Counted from the first letter of the stretch, positions 12,189 through 22,685 are shown. The stretch is 27,535 nt of DNA from Octopus sinensis (GCF_006345805.1 NW_021823604.1:1-27535); one strand, 5' to 3'. A program made the numbers and translations. The notes: generated from the sequence alone by a model not told the origin.

Positions 12189-13279
12189 TACACAAATATA
12201 TATATATATGTATATATATGTATGTATGTATGTATCTATGCATACATACATTTGTGTATTTATGTATTGATATATGTATATATGAATAGACACTTGAATT
12301 GTATTTTTATCTCCGTTTGTACAATAATTCTTATTCATATCTTTCCTTTTTTTCTTTCAATCCTCAGAGACACAAAAGGAAACCACGCGAGGACGAACCA
12401 ACGACCCATGCAAACAAACGAAATTTTCCCTCAATATCGCCCAAGTTGTAACTAGAAATGCTTATCTACTTGATGTACCTTAACGGGTACATCCAGATCC
12501 CTAGCCTGAGCGAGTCTCAACCGCTTCTTCAACCACCGCCTCCTTCTCCTTTTCCTTTTCCATCTTATTGATGCAGTCATCCTGTAAATACTGATATTAT
12601 CAATGCAATTCAACGTTTGTATTCTTTTGGATAGATTACATGAAAATATCAAATATATCACATGATATTTACTGTACAAGCTTCAATGATTCAATGATAG
12701 AATGGTCAAAGAATAAATATCATTATACACCAATCTAATACGATAATTTATCCGATGTTGGTATAGTCCACTTGTTCAACGTGTATTGTGTTATTAGCTA
12801 TTTCAAAGAGTGTCCTTCGGTCTGGTAGGTCACCGAGTCAGTTTGTCATTTAATTCCATCTGTAGTTGAAATCAACGTGGGTAGTTGCTGGAGTTGTTAC
12901 CGGGGAAAAAAAAACAAACAACAGCAACAAAAGCAAGGACAATAGTAGCGGCATCAAGAATAATAACAACAGTAGCAACAACGGTAAAGGCGTCACGACC
13001 TGCCAGAAATAGCAGCCAAATTCTCTGGAATTACATTCCGGTATTGTCTCTTTCTCATTATAAAAATCAGGAAGAAAATATTGCAGAATGTCGTAGATAT
13101 GCAGACTGACAGGATGCTCATGGCTGGAGTGTCTTTCATGCATCAGCCAGATAAGCTAGGGCTGGCCTGGGATTAAACAGCACCACCATCAGCAAAATAA
13201 CAACTGCACTAATTGTAGCAGACAAACTGATAGATATATGATCATATCAATTACCACTGGCGCCCTCTGTGTTGGTTGT

Positions 13280-13790
13280 ACAACTTGTACCGTGTGAAGT
13301 TAGTTGTAGCAGCAGCAACAACAACAATAACAACAGCATAATCATCAGCAACAACAAATTCAATAACAACAAATATTGTTACAGCAACAAGAAAAACAAC
13401 AAAAACAACTGCTGCAGCTACAAAAAAGCAAAACATAAACAGTGTTAACAACAATAACATTGTAAACAGTAAGATTACGAAGAGCGACAACCTGCTCTTG
13501 TTTGCGTATTGAGTGCAAGAACATCAACCTCAGTTTTGACACAACAGGAGCCTTCATAAGAACAACACCGACAGCAGCAGCAGCAGCAAAGGCTACGGCA
13601 GCAACAACAATAACAAGAACAGTAAGAAGTACAACGAAAGCAACAAGTGAAGTGTCATTAGCAACAACGACGAATTCAAGAAAGAAACAATAACAACAAC
13701 AACAAGAACGACATCAACAACATTTAAATTGCAGCACTGCCAACAACAACAACAAAGACAACAACAATTACGCCACCAACAATCTTAATA
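13280..13790. repeat. (CAA/CAG)n-rich low-complexity tract
   Basis: Directly visible. Confidence 0.85.
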
Positions 13791-14114
13791 GACAGATTTA
13801 TGTAACTTAAAACGCTACTAACTCGCGAATCGCTCCTCATTCCTGTCGTGACTCTTAAGTGAAGAACTGAAATATAGGCTGCCGGCAGACACTAGAACAA
13901 ATATCTACTGAATCAAACATAAGCCTACCCTCTAGCGCCACAACGGCTACCGCATCATCACCACTGCCACTATCACCAGCCATCGCCACCACTACCCCTT
14001 CCACCAAGAACACCAACACCAACAATGTCACCATCAACTCTCCCCACCCCATCCAAACTCGTGTGATGTCTACGTACAGTATTTCATAGCTGTCTAAATA
14101 GAAATAAGCTGCAT

Positions 14115-14174
14115 CTAATCAGATATTCATCAATCATTAACCATATTGATTGATCACTAATCACTGATTAATCA
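14115..14174. promoter_or_regulatory. Candidate Pbx/homeodomain site cluster upstream of FoxB
   Basis: ATCAATCA (14129-14136) and TGATTGAT (14147-14154) in inverted orientation, TAATCA-C-TGATTA (14158-14170) and TGATTAATCA (14165-14174). Confidence 0.3.
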
Positions 14175-14199
14175 CTGTTCGAAATTAGACTAGGAAATA

Positions 14200-15110
14200 T
14201 TCCATTCACCGATAGATATATATATCTTTATATATTTGAAACTGTTACATTTTTTCAATGAATTTAACCACCAGTAACCCAATAAGTGGATAAACACACG
14301 AACACATATACATATATATACTTAAACACACGCATATAAACGTATGTATATATTTAGAAACATATATGTATAAAGGTATGCGTTTAAATATGCATATATC
14401 CGTGTACTAGCAATCTGTATATTATACTTATATATATATATAAAAATATATATATATATATACATATATACATATATATATATATATATGTAGGTAAACA
14501 TGTATGTATGTGTATTTTATATAAATAATATATATTTATACACAATTGTTGATAATTATTAGTTATATGTATGCGTATATATAAATATTTATACATGAGC
14601 TGGTATAAATATACATATATAGTCTTATATATATGTGCATATATACTTATCAATACAGAAACCATCTAAAACCATATAGAATAACAGTGAAAAATTTGGT
14701 GTAACAGTTTTTAGGTTCGAATTCCTGTTGGGTACATGAATACATAATACGTCTACATAATACATATATATGTACGTATATATGTATATGTGTGTGTGTC
14801 TATAAGCACATATATATATACATATGTTTTAGACATATATAATTGTATATAACAGTTTATTTATTTCTTCAAATCATTTTTATTTATTTTCTCTCATTCA
14901 TCCTTTTTTAACGGTGGTTATTCATTAATCACGATAAACTCATACTTAGACGTACATATACTCATATATACACACGCAGTACTTGTATATATACATATAT
15001 ATTCGTATATATATCTATATATATATATACGTATAAAGATATACATTTATATACATACGTATATACATATATATATATATATATACACACACATATACAT
15101 ATATATTTAG
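14200..15110. repeat. (TA/TACA)-rich low-complexity tract immediately upstream of FoxB
   Basis: Directly visible. Confidence 0.8.
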
Positions 15111-15200
15111 GTACTCCACACCATACGTGTCGTATAAGTGGAATATAAAAAACCAAAGTAGATTATTGATAATAAGTAAGCTTGAGATCGAAGTTACAAA

Positions 15201-16226
15201 ATGCCCCGACCAGGTCGTAACAGCTACAGCGATCAGAAACCGCCTTATTCGTATATTGCGCTCACAGCCATGGCTATACAAAGTTCTACTGAAAAAATGC
15301 TGCCGTTGAGCGACATATACAAATTCATTATGGATAGATTTCCTTTCTATCGACAGAACACACAGAGGTGGCAGAATTCACTGCGACACAACCTCTCTTT
15401 TAATGACTGCTTCATTAAAATACCTCGCAGACCGGACAGGCCAGGTAAAGGCAGCTATTGGGCTCTGCATCCGCTCTGTGGGGATATGTTCGAGAATGGA
15501 AGTTTTCTGCGTCGCCGGAAGCGTTTTAAGTTACATAAATCTGGCGGGTCATTGATGTCGGAGACGTTAAAGCAAGGTTTAGAGTCAGCCAGTTACCTCC
15601 AGGAACAAACTAGGCTGCGACTACAGCAGTATGCTACCCCAATATCACATTTCCAGCCGTACAGCGGTTCTGGCAACTGTACACACAGCTACAAGCAACC
15701 GTTCACAATTGAGAACATTATAGCTCCTGAATTTAAAAGTACTGTTGTGCCCCAACCGCTGATACCGACTCCGCTGCCAGCGTTCGCTAGTCAATTTGCG
15801 GCCGGAATGTCGATGTCGGGTTTTGTCGCCCCTTACTCGACTTCTGATCTTGCTTCCTCTTTGTCTTCGTCATTGACCTCATCGGCGCTAAGCTCAATAG
15901 CGCCGACCTTTGCAGCCCACCTCAACGGGGATTTTCACCCTCACCAACACGCCACACACGCCACACACCCGCATCAAGTTTTGAAGCCGTCTAACCACCA
16001 ACATCAGACATCGCCGGCCGTACCTGTCCCTATTAAACCTTCACCGTTACCACCCCTAACCCTGGGACATTCACCACACACGGGTGCCTTCGGGGCTCTT
16101 GCCCCGCCAGGACATCTAAGCATACCCTCATCTCTAGCCCTCACAACAGCCGCAGCTGAACTTTTAGGCACATCTTCACCCATTTCCTCTTCGTCCTCTA
16201 ATACAGCCAGCAGCACGTCAAGGTGA
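15201..16226 (+). CDS. FoxB: Forkhead box B transcription factor, uninterrupted 341-aa ORF
   Basis: The N-terminus [29 protein letters not shown]...[53 protein letters not shown] is the FoxB-class forkhead domain and leader. Downstream are [10 protein letters not shown], eh1-like FTIENII (15702-15722) and PVPIKP (16023-16040), which I recall from vertebrate FOXB1. Start context is AAAATG. Confidence 0.97.
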   Translation: MPRPGRNSYSDQKPPYSYIALTAMAIQSSTEKMLPLSDIYKFIMDRFPFYRQNTQRWQNSLRHNLSFNDCFIKIPRRPDRPGKGSYWALHPLCGDMFENGSFLRRRKRFKLHKSGGSLMSETLKQGLESASYLQEQTRLRLQQYATPISHFQPYSGSGNCTHSYKQPFTIENIIAPEFKSTVVPQPLIPTPLPAFASQFAAGMSMSGFVAPYSTSDLASSLSSSLTSSALSSIAPTFAAHLNGDFHPHQHATHATHPHQVLKPSNHQHQTSPAVPVPIKPSPLPPLTLGHSPHTGAFGALAPPGHLSIPSSLALTTAAAELLGTSSPISSSSSNTASSTSR

Positions 16227-16430
16227 CCTTTGTAATCAACAGATCGATAAACAAATAAAATAAAACACATGCCAAAACAAACACAAATAAACTAAAACAC
16301 ATAACTTATGACTTCGACTGTTGTCCCTCTGAACTTGATCTGAAATACCAAGAAAGGGACAAAAAAGAATAAAAATTACTTGGATGGAATTGATGACAAA
16401 TAAATAAAAAAAAGATATATAAATATATAT

Positions 16431-16474
16431 AATAAATGAATATATAAATTTTGTTGTTGTTTTTGTTGTTCATG
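16431..16474 (+). terminator. Candidate FoxB polyadenylation signal with GU-rich downstream element
   Basis: AATAAA at 16431-16436 is followed by TTTTGTTGTTGTTTTTGTTGTT at about 16449-16470. Other AATAAA at 16254, 16259, 16368, 16399 and 16403 lack an adjacent GU-rich tract. Confidence 0.4.
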
Positions 16475-16501
16475 TATACTAATATTGATGTTATCACACT
16501 A

Positions 16502-17119
16502 TATTATTATTTTTATTATTCTATGTTTGACTTTTGCTTTACATTTGTACAAGTTGGCTCCAATTCTCACCCAGAGACCTCAAGAGACAACAAGTTGGAA
16601 GTTCATGTTGGTGTTATGCCTAGGGTGCCATATATTTGGTTTTGTACTTAGTGATTGTACTAGTGAATGTCTAAAAAAAAAACATACGAAAATTATGTTT
16701 ATTTTAAAACTTGAGATTACATAGAAAGTATTTTACGTAGGATATGAGCAGTTCCCATGAGCACTATCTTTTGAATTTCTGCCATTTTGGGGTTTCTGGT
16801 ATTGGACTTAGGTAGCAATCAGCCCTTTTGCGATCATTCCCAGGGTACTTATGACAACAGGTATTGTTAGTCTTCAGTTTCCACATTTTGCTGATTTCTA
16901 TTTCAAGATCTTATATTTGCTCAGTTTTTGGTAGTCTTGACAGATACGTTTATATCGATTGGGACAGTCATATCAATTAGGAGGCATGTTCTTTGTCTGA
17001 AGTCTTTCAATGATGTCTGGCCTATTCGCATCTATCTTTCTGTCAGTTTGAATAGTGAAGTCCAGAGGAGTGAGATGTGGTCATTTTCAAGCATGGAGGT
17101 GGTTGTGTTCCCCCAGTTT
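16502..17119 (-). mobile_element. 5'-truncated R4/Dong-like non-LTR retrotransposon (restriction-like endonuclease C-terminus and 3' UTR)
   Basis: Minus-strand 17118-16717, with frameshifts corrected, reads roughly LENDHISLLWDFTIQTDRKIDANRPDI...CLLIDMTVPIDINVSVK..KLSKYKDLEIEISKMW...IPVVISTLGMI...EIQKIVLMGTAHILRKILSM*. This is a PD..D-type RLE domain. (TTA)n tracts lie on both sides (16502-16520 and 17118-17188). Confidence 0.88.
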
Positions 17120-17126
17120 ATTATTA

Positions 17127-17188
<62 letters not shown>

Positions 17189-17275
17189 GTGAGAGAGCAA
17201 GTACATGCCATCAAAGTAAGACAAAGTGAATCTGACATCTACACTTTTCTCTTCCCACATATTATCGTTATTATT

Positions 17276-17306
17276 ACTAGCCGTATAACCCGGCGTTGCT
17301 CGGGTT
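17276..17306 (+). mobile_element. Possible Helitron/Helentron-type terminal motif
   Basis: ACTAG followed by the hairpin AACCCGG-CGTTG-CTCGGGTT resembles ACTAG..ACCCG..CGGG termini of non-autonomous rolling-circle elements. The other end was not identified. Confidence 0.4.
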
Positions 17307-17632
17307 TGTTTTTTAGTTGCGCTTAAAATGGCATACTTTGATGTCGCGTTAACAAAGTTTTGACGAGTTGTGTTTCTTTCGCAAATAGCTCAATTTGTCT
17401 GTGAGCCCTAGAAAAATTCGCCATGAATGAATCATTTTATTCCGAAAAATATTCTTAACTTTATTCACCACACATTTGTTGCTTTTTTTTTTTGCTTCTT
17501 TGTTGATGCTGTTTTATACTTTTTAATGTATATATTCGTACTTAAGTAGGTTTAATGCATGTTATAGCAATTGGTGTGACGTCACGTGATATGGTATGAC
17601 ACACTATATTCTAATCGGACAATCGCAGTATT

Positions 17633-17924
17633 ATTTTTGTTCCTTCTCGAGCCACGCCTGGCTCATAAGGCCCGGTTTCCTGGTTTCCTTGGCGTATAGG
17701 TGCCCCACCTGGACGGGACGCCGGTCAGTCGCAGGTGAGCTGCAAGATGCAGGAGGAAAGAGTGAAAGAAAGTTGTGGCGAAAGAGTTAGCAGAAGTTCG
17801 CCATTACCTTCTGTCGGAGCCGCTTGGAGCTTAGGTGTTTCACACACATCGCCCGGTCTGAAATTCAAACCCGTGATCCCTCGACCGCGAGTCCGTTGCT
17901 CTAACCACTAATTCATGTGCTTCC
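17633..17924 (-). mobile_element. Family C tRNA-derived SINE, apparently full length, with 14-bp TSD
   Basis: Minus-strand head GAAGCACATGAATTAGTGGTTAGAGC...GGGTTTGAATTTCAGACC and internal CCTGCGACTGACCGGCGTCCCGTCCAGG. The direct repeat ACAATCGCAGTATT flanks it at 17619-17632 and 17925-17938. Confidence 0.85.
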
Positions 17925-18129
17925 ACAATCGCAGTATTCCAGAAATTAAATGCATAGAAAGGTTGTTGTTGCCTTCAAAAAATGACCAAATATTTCCACT
18001 TGGGAATTTGGAAAAGGCAATCAGTAGAAATTGGGGCTGAAACATGGAACCAATCGTAAGCAGACGATAATATACTTCGCTTGTTTGTGAATGCGGATTT
18101 CTTTTTTCATGTGAATTACAATAACACCT

Positions 18130-18173
18130 GTATATACGCATATATTAATGTACACACAATACATACACACACC

Positions 18174-18207
<34 letters not shown>

Positions 18208-18213
18208 TGTATG

Positions 18214-18244
<31 letters not shown>

Positions 18245-18467
18245 TATATATATAGTATATATATATATATATATATATTATGTATGTATGTATGTATGTA
18301 TATATTATATGTAATGTGTTTGCGTGCGCGTAGTTCTTTGAGGTTTAAACACATCAGAGAAAACAGGCCGGTCACTAAAAATTTGACAAGGCTCTGTGTT
18401 TTGGGACAAGGCAAATCCTGAGATATGCGAATGTCAATGAGTTCATGCACTCGCGTGCGTACACAAC

Positions 18468-18507
<40 letters not shown>

Positions 18508-19010
18508 TCTTACATACACACATATATTCTTGTTCAAGAGGGACAACATTTCTACTCCACAAAAGTATAGAGTAACTGATCAGATAATGTAAAATTGGTA
18601 TGTATATATATATATATAAAAACCTGAACATACACAATCCACACACACACATATGTATGTAGATATATATATATACATGCATATATATATATACATTGTA
18701 TTTATGCATACATATATACATAAATATATGTATGCATATATATATATATTTATATATATATATGTATATTGTCTCTATGTATGCATAATATATATGTATA
18801 TATACAATGTATATATATATATATATATATATGAACATGAACACACACACATATATTGTATTTATGCATACATACATATATGCATACATATATACATATA
18901 TACATATATATATATATGTATATATGTATGCATATATGTATGTATAGATACAATGTGTATATATATGTGTGTGCATATATGTATGTGCGTGTATGTGTGT
19001 GTATGTTTCT
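18130..19010. repeat. (TATG)n, (TA)n and (CA)n tracts with a short unique island at about 18310-18450
   Basis: Directly visible. Confidence 0.85.
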
Positions 19011-19061
19011 GTTTGCGCGTGGGTCTATTCTCACTTGAAATATGTTCGTATTATACATACA

Positions 19062-19315
19062 AAACGCTGCTCCTCCATGGAAACCTGACCCCTCATAGTG
19101 GTTTTGTGGCACGGAGCAAAGCAGACCCTGCCGTCCACTCAAGGAAACACATAGTAAATGATCCACAAGCACTCGAGCAACCTGAATCCTCACCTTGATC
19201 CATTTGCCAAAAGGTTGTCAAGACTTCAAGAGACATTCGCCTCCATAAAACATGATCACCGCTTTAATTTACTTAACCCTCAGTTGGCGCTCATGACGAT
19301 AGAATCCATCAGATT
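19062..19315 (+). mobile_element. Possible 3' remnant of a LINE (degenerate C2H2-like fingers)
   Basis: One frame reads [19 protein letters not shown]...[19 protein letters not shown], giving x12-H-x3-H and (C)-x2-C-x12-H spacing, with stop codons. Confidence 0.35.
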
Positions 19316-20233
19316 TATATGTAAGTAAATGTAGGGATAAGCAGTTAGACAGATCAACAGATAAAGTGCATTAAAAACATGACATACAAAATAAGTTTAT
19401 ATGTTTATATATAGAAGGCTCCAACTTACACACAATACAAATGATATAGTGAATTAAAGGGGATGTGGAACAGTATTACAAATCCACCAGCTGTTTCTGG
19501 GGGCTTGATGATCCATATATATATATATATATGCTTGTAGATCGATTCCATCATAAGACGAGACGAGCCTCCATCTTCAGGGAAGAGAGAGTGATAGACA
19601 GGCAGAGAGGAAGAGAGAGAGAGATATGTATGTCCGTATGTATGTATGTATGTATGTATGTATGTATGTATGTATGTATGTATGTATGTATGTATGCATG
19701 TATGTATGCGCCCCAGCAGAGACCAAGGCTACGGTTTATATATATTTGAGATGTTAAAAGAAAATTCAAAGATGGAATGATTGAATATGGAGAGCTAAGT
19801 GTATTAGAGGGGGCGGGAATTGGTGAGGTCTCACCCATGAAAGATGTATGCATATATATGTGCTCTCCTCCCCACCCATCCTCATTAGATTTTGAGAGTA
19901 TATTTTTACCGGTCACCTCCTTGGTAGCAAGGTTCTACAGAAAAGATTTATATTTTTCAATGTGTTATGTTGTTTCCGCTTTCGTTTTGGTTAATCATTC
20001 ACCTTTTAAATTTTTAGAAGGTTTCCCGTCTATCTTCTGAACCATTTAGCGCTACCGTCTGTAGCGAATGAATTATTGACTGATATTTTTTCTCCAAAAT
20101 GTTCAGCCATATTTTGATCCAATAATCATGTTGCTTCAATAATAATGGCTATAAGAGCGAAATGAATACTTTAATGACTGGATTTACAGGCTCCTCATCA
20201 ATGGGTCATAGATATCTTGTGCTGTGTATCTTA

Positions 20234-20365
20234 AAGGCAGTGCATTAGCCGCATCGTTTCGAGTGTGAGATACTCTGTCTCACGGTATTTGTTCCAGCGC
20301 TCTGGGTTCAAATTCGGAACGGAAAACTTTTTTTTGTTTTTCGTATTTTCAGGGTCGATAAGTAT
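20234..20365 (+). mobile_element. Highly degenerate family A SINE
   Basis: TCTGGGTTCAAATTCGG and TTTTCAGGGTCGATAAGTA match family A anchors. It ends in (TAAA)n. Confidence 0.4.
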
Positions 20366-20366
20366 G

Positions 20367-20401
<35 letters not shown>

Positions 20402-20632
20402 AAGATAAAAAGAAAAAGCACTGACCGACGAAGGCCCTGTACATTAATGTCAAGAGGCTAGCTGCCACAACAAAAGTTAGCCGACGTCTAGACAAACATT
20501 ATTGTATAAACTCGGTTCTGCTTTAATCTAGTACTATGTAGTAATTCTCAGGTTACACAAACACTTTTTGATCCTTCGTCTTCGATATGTATATCTCTGT
20601 TTGTGAAAAATATATGAACGAACATATATATG

Positions 20633-20668
<36 letters not shown>

Positions 20669-20722
20669 ATTATGCGTCTGTATGCGTGTGTGTATGATTA
20701 TGTGTATGTATGTGTGTGTATG

Positions 20723-20756
<34 letters not shown>

Positions 20757-21014
20757 CTACGTATATATGTCTGTGTATTATTCATACGTACGTATGTGCA
20801 TATGTATATGAGCGCATGTAGGTATGTACGTATATATATGTATGTTTTATGTATGTATGTATGTATGTATGTTGAATTGTTGTCGGACGATTGGACACAA
20901 ATACTTAGTATTTTTTAAGCCTGGTTCGTATTCCATCGGTGTCTTTTTCCGAACTGCAAAGTTATAGGTATGCAAACACACCAGCACCGGTTTTCAAGCG
21001 GTGATAGGGAAAAC

Positions 21015-21129
21015 ACAGTGGGTTCAGTCCCACTGCGTGACACCTTGGGAAAATGTCTTCTACTATAGCCTCGGGCCGACCAAAGCCTTGTGACTGGATT
21101 TGGTAGACGGAAACTGAAAGAAGCCCGTC

Positions 21130-21187
<58 letters not shown>

Positions 21188-21712
21188 ATTCGAGACAAAA
21201 CACTGTTTTAAAACCAAACAAGGAAAGACTTAATCAATACATAAAATTTTAATATAAATTAAATAAACCGCCACTACAAATGTTTCATGTCTGCTACCGA
21301 CAATCTTCAGGTGGATTTTCGATCTTCTAATCAGTCTCGAATTATATTATATAATATTTTACTATAAAATTGGATTTAACCCTAAATCTGATTTTTTCCC
21401 TGTAATTTTGGATTCATTCCCTAATATTTATTTTATTATATATATATTATATATATATATTTTGTGTGTGTGTGTGTGTGTGTGTGTTGGTGGGTTGTGT
21501 CTTGTCCCCCTCCCTAACATCGCTTGACAACCGATGCGGTGTGTTACGTCCCCGTAACATAGCGGTTCGACAAAAGATACCAGTAAAATAAGTACTAGAC
21601 TTACAAGGGAGAAGCCCTGGGATCGATTTCCTCGACTAAAGGCGGTGCTCCAGCATGGCCGCAGTCAAATGACTGAAACAAGAAAATAGAGTAAAAAGTG
21701 AGTAAAAGAGTA
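21015..21712 (+). mobile_element. Family B SINE whose internal microsatellite carries a nested insertion
   Basis: GGGTTCAGTCCCACTGCGTGACACCTTGGG...GGAAACTGAAAGAAGCCCGTCG, then (TA)n, an insert at 21183-21440, (TG)n, and the 3' module CGCTTGACAACCGATG...GCATGGCCGCAGTCAAATGACTGAAAC. Confidence 0.85.
21271..21314 (-). ncRNA. Minimal type I hammerhead ribozyme-like motif
   Basis: The minus strand reads CCAC-CUGAAGA-U UGUC gguagca GACA U-GAAA-CAUUU-GUA-GUGG. It has an intact CUGANGA and GAAA core, stem I CCAC/GUGG, a 4-bp stem II, a short near-palindromic stem III and a GUA cleavage triplet. Confidence 0.7.
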
Positions 21713-22143
21713 TATGCTGAGAATGATCTGGTGGTTACTAACAGCCTCTTCCGTCTTTCCAATCGGTCCAAGACCACAAGGAGACATCCGATACCAAAGA
21801 ACTGGCACAGCCGGGACTACGCCCTCGCCGGATCATGACAAGAGCAAGGTATTTGTGACCAACAGCGTCCCTGGTGTTCATGACTGTTGGATGGATCATC
21901 AGCTACTCATTTCCTGGTTCAGCTACGGCCGTAAAACCTTCCCTACCACAATAAATCTGGAAAGAAAGCACAGCGTTTTAATATTTATAAATTAAAGAAC
22001 GACACAGTCGAGCAGGGTTACTTGTCTCGCCTCGCGGAACTTCTACAGGAGGTATCCCCAGTACCGCTGGTAGACAGTATGGAAGCATATTAGTCCGTCC
22101 TACACGAAACGATCAGCTGAGCTGCCGAAGAAATTAAGTTACT
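21713..22143 (+). mobile_element. Decayed RTE-clade LINE fragment (APE endonuclease C-terminus and linker)
   Basis: With frameshifts it reads YAENDLVVTNSLFRLSNRSKTTRRHPIPKNWHSRDY.../VFVTNSVPGVHDCWMDHQLLIS.../RFNIYKLKN...AAEEI. This matches the RTE motifs NT.F..P...K.TW.HP..K.WH.IDY and DCWTDH.L. Confidence 0.8.
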
Positions 22144-22298
22144 ATTACAATCACGTTCATATATAAAAATAAATATCAGAAACTCGGCACCAGATGGGCT
22201 CACAAGAGAAGAAATCTTCAGAGGAAGAACTCCAATCCTTATTCCTGACCCTCTACGGGAGCCGGACCCTAGGTGTCCTCTGGCAATACATATATACA

Positions 22299-22685
22299 GG
22301 GTGCTGGTAGAAACGTTAGCACGCCAGACGAAATGCTTCACGGTATTTCGTCTGCCGCTACGTTCTGAGTTCAAATTCCGCCGAGGTCGACTTTGCCTTT
22401 CATCCTTTCGGGGTCGATTAAATAAGTGCCATTTACGCATTGGGGTCGATATAATCGACTTAATCCGTTTGTTTGTCCTTGTTTGTCCCCTCTATGTTTA
22501 GCCTCTTGTGGGTAGTAAAGAAATAGGTATCTCGTCTGTCTTTACGTTCAAATTCAGCTGAGGTCAACTATATCTTTCATCCTTTCGGGGTCGATAAATT
22601 AAGTACCAGTTGCGTACTAGGTTCGATCTAATCGACTGGCTCCCTCTCCCAAAATTTCGGGCTTTGTGCGTAAAATAGAAAAGAG
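22299..22685 (+). mobile_element. Family A SINE, head plus two body units
   Basis: GTGCTGGTAGAAACGTTAGCACGCC head, two CTTTCATCCTTTCGGGGTCGAT units and an AAAATTTCGGGCTTTGTGC tail. Confidence 0.9.

Noticed and set aside
13107-13178. Possible shared repeat with 2462-2535
   Set aside because: Only short patchy similarity (TGTTTA..CCCAGG), too weak to call without an alignment.
16004-16270. 88-aa antisense ORF overlapping the FoxB 3' end, and the 15127-15309 overlapping ORF
   Set aside because: Both are shadows of the GC-richer FoxB coding sequence, and the latter starts at GTG.
16247-16425. Seven RYAAAYA forkhead motifs in the FoxB 3' UTR (autoregulation idea)
   Set aside because: They are expected in A-rich 3' UTR sequence and overlap poly(A)-signal-like tracts, so they cannot be separated from background.
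17850-17924. tRNA gene calls for SINE heads (also 25080-25144)
   Set aside because: A/B boxes are present, but there is no complete cloverleaf and they are attached to SINE bodies.
19536-19585. Minus-strand CTGAAGA between (TA)n and (GA)n
   Set aside because: There is no GAAA/NUH arrangement with stem I pairing.
22085-22225. GAAACGATC and CAGATGGGCTCACAAGAGAAGAAA as decayed hammerheads
   Set aside because: The first is explained by the RTE reading frame (HETIS). The second has several core mismatches and no stem I.
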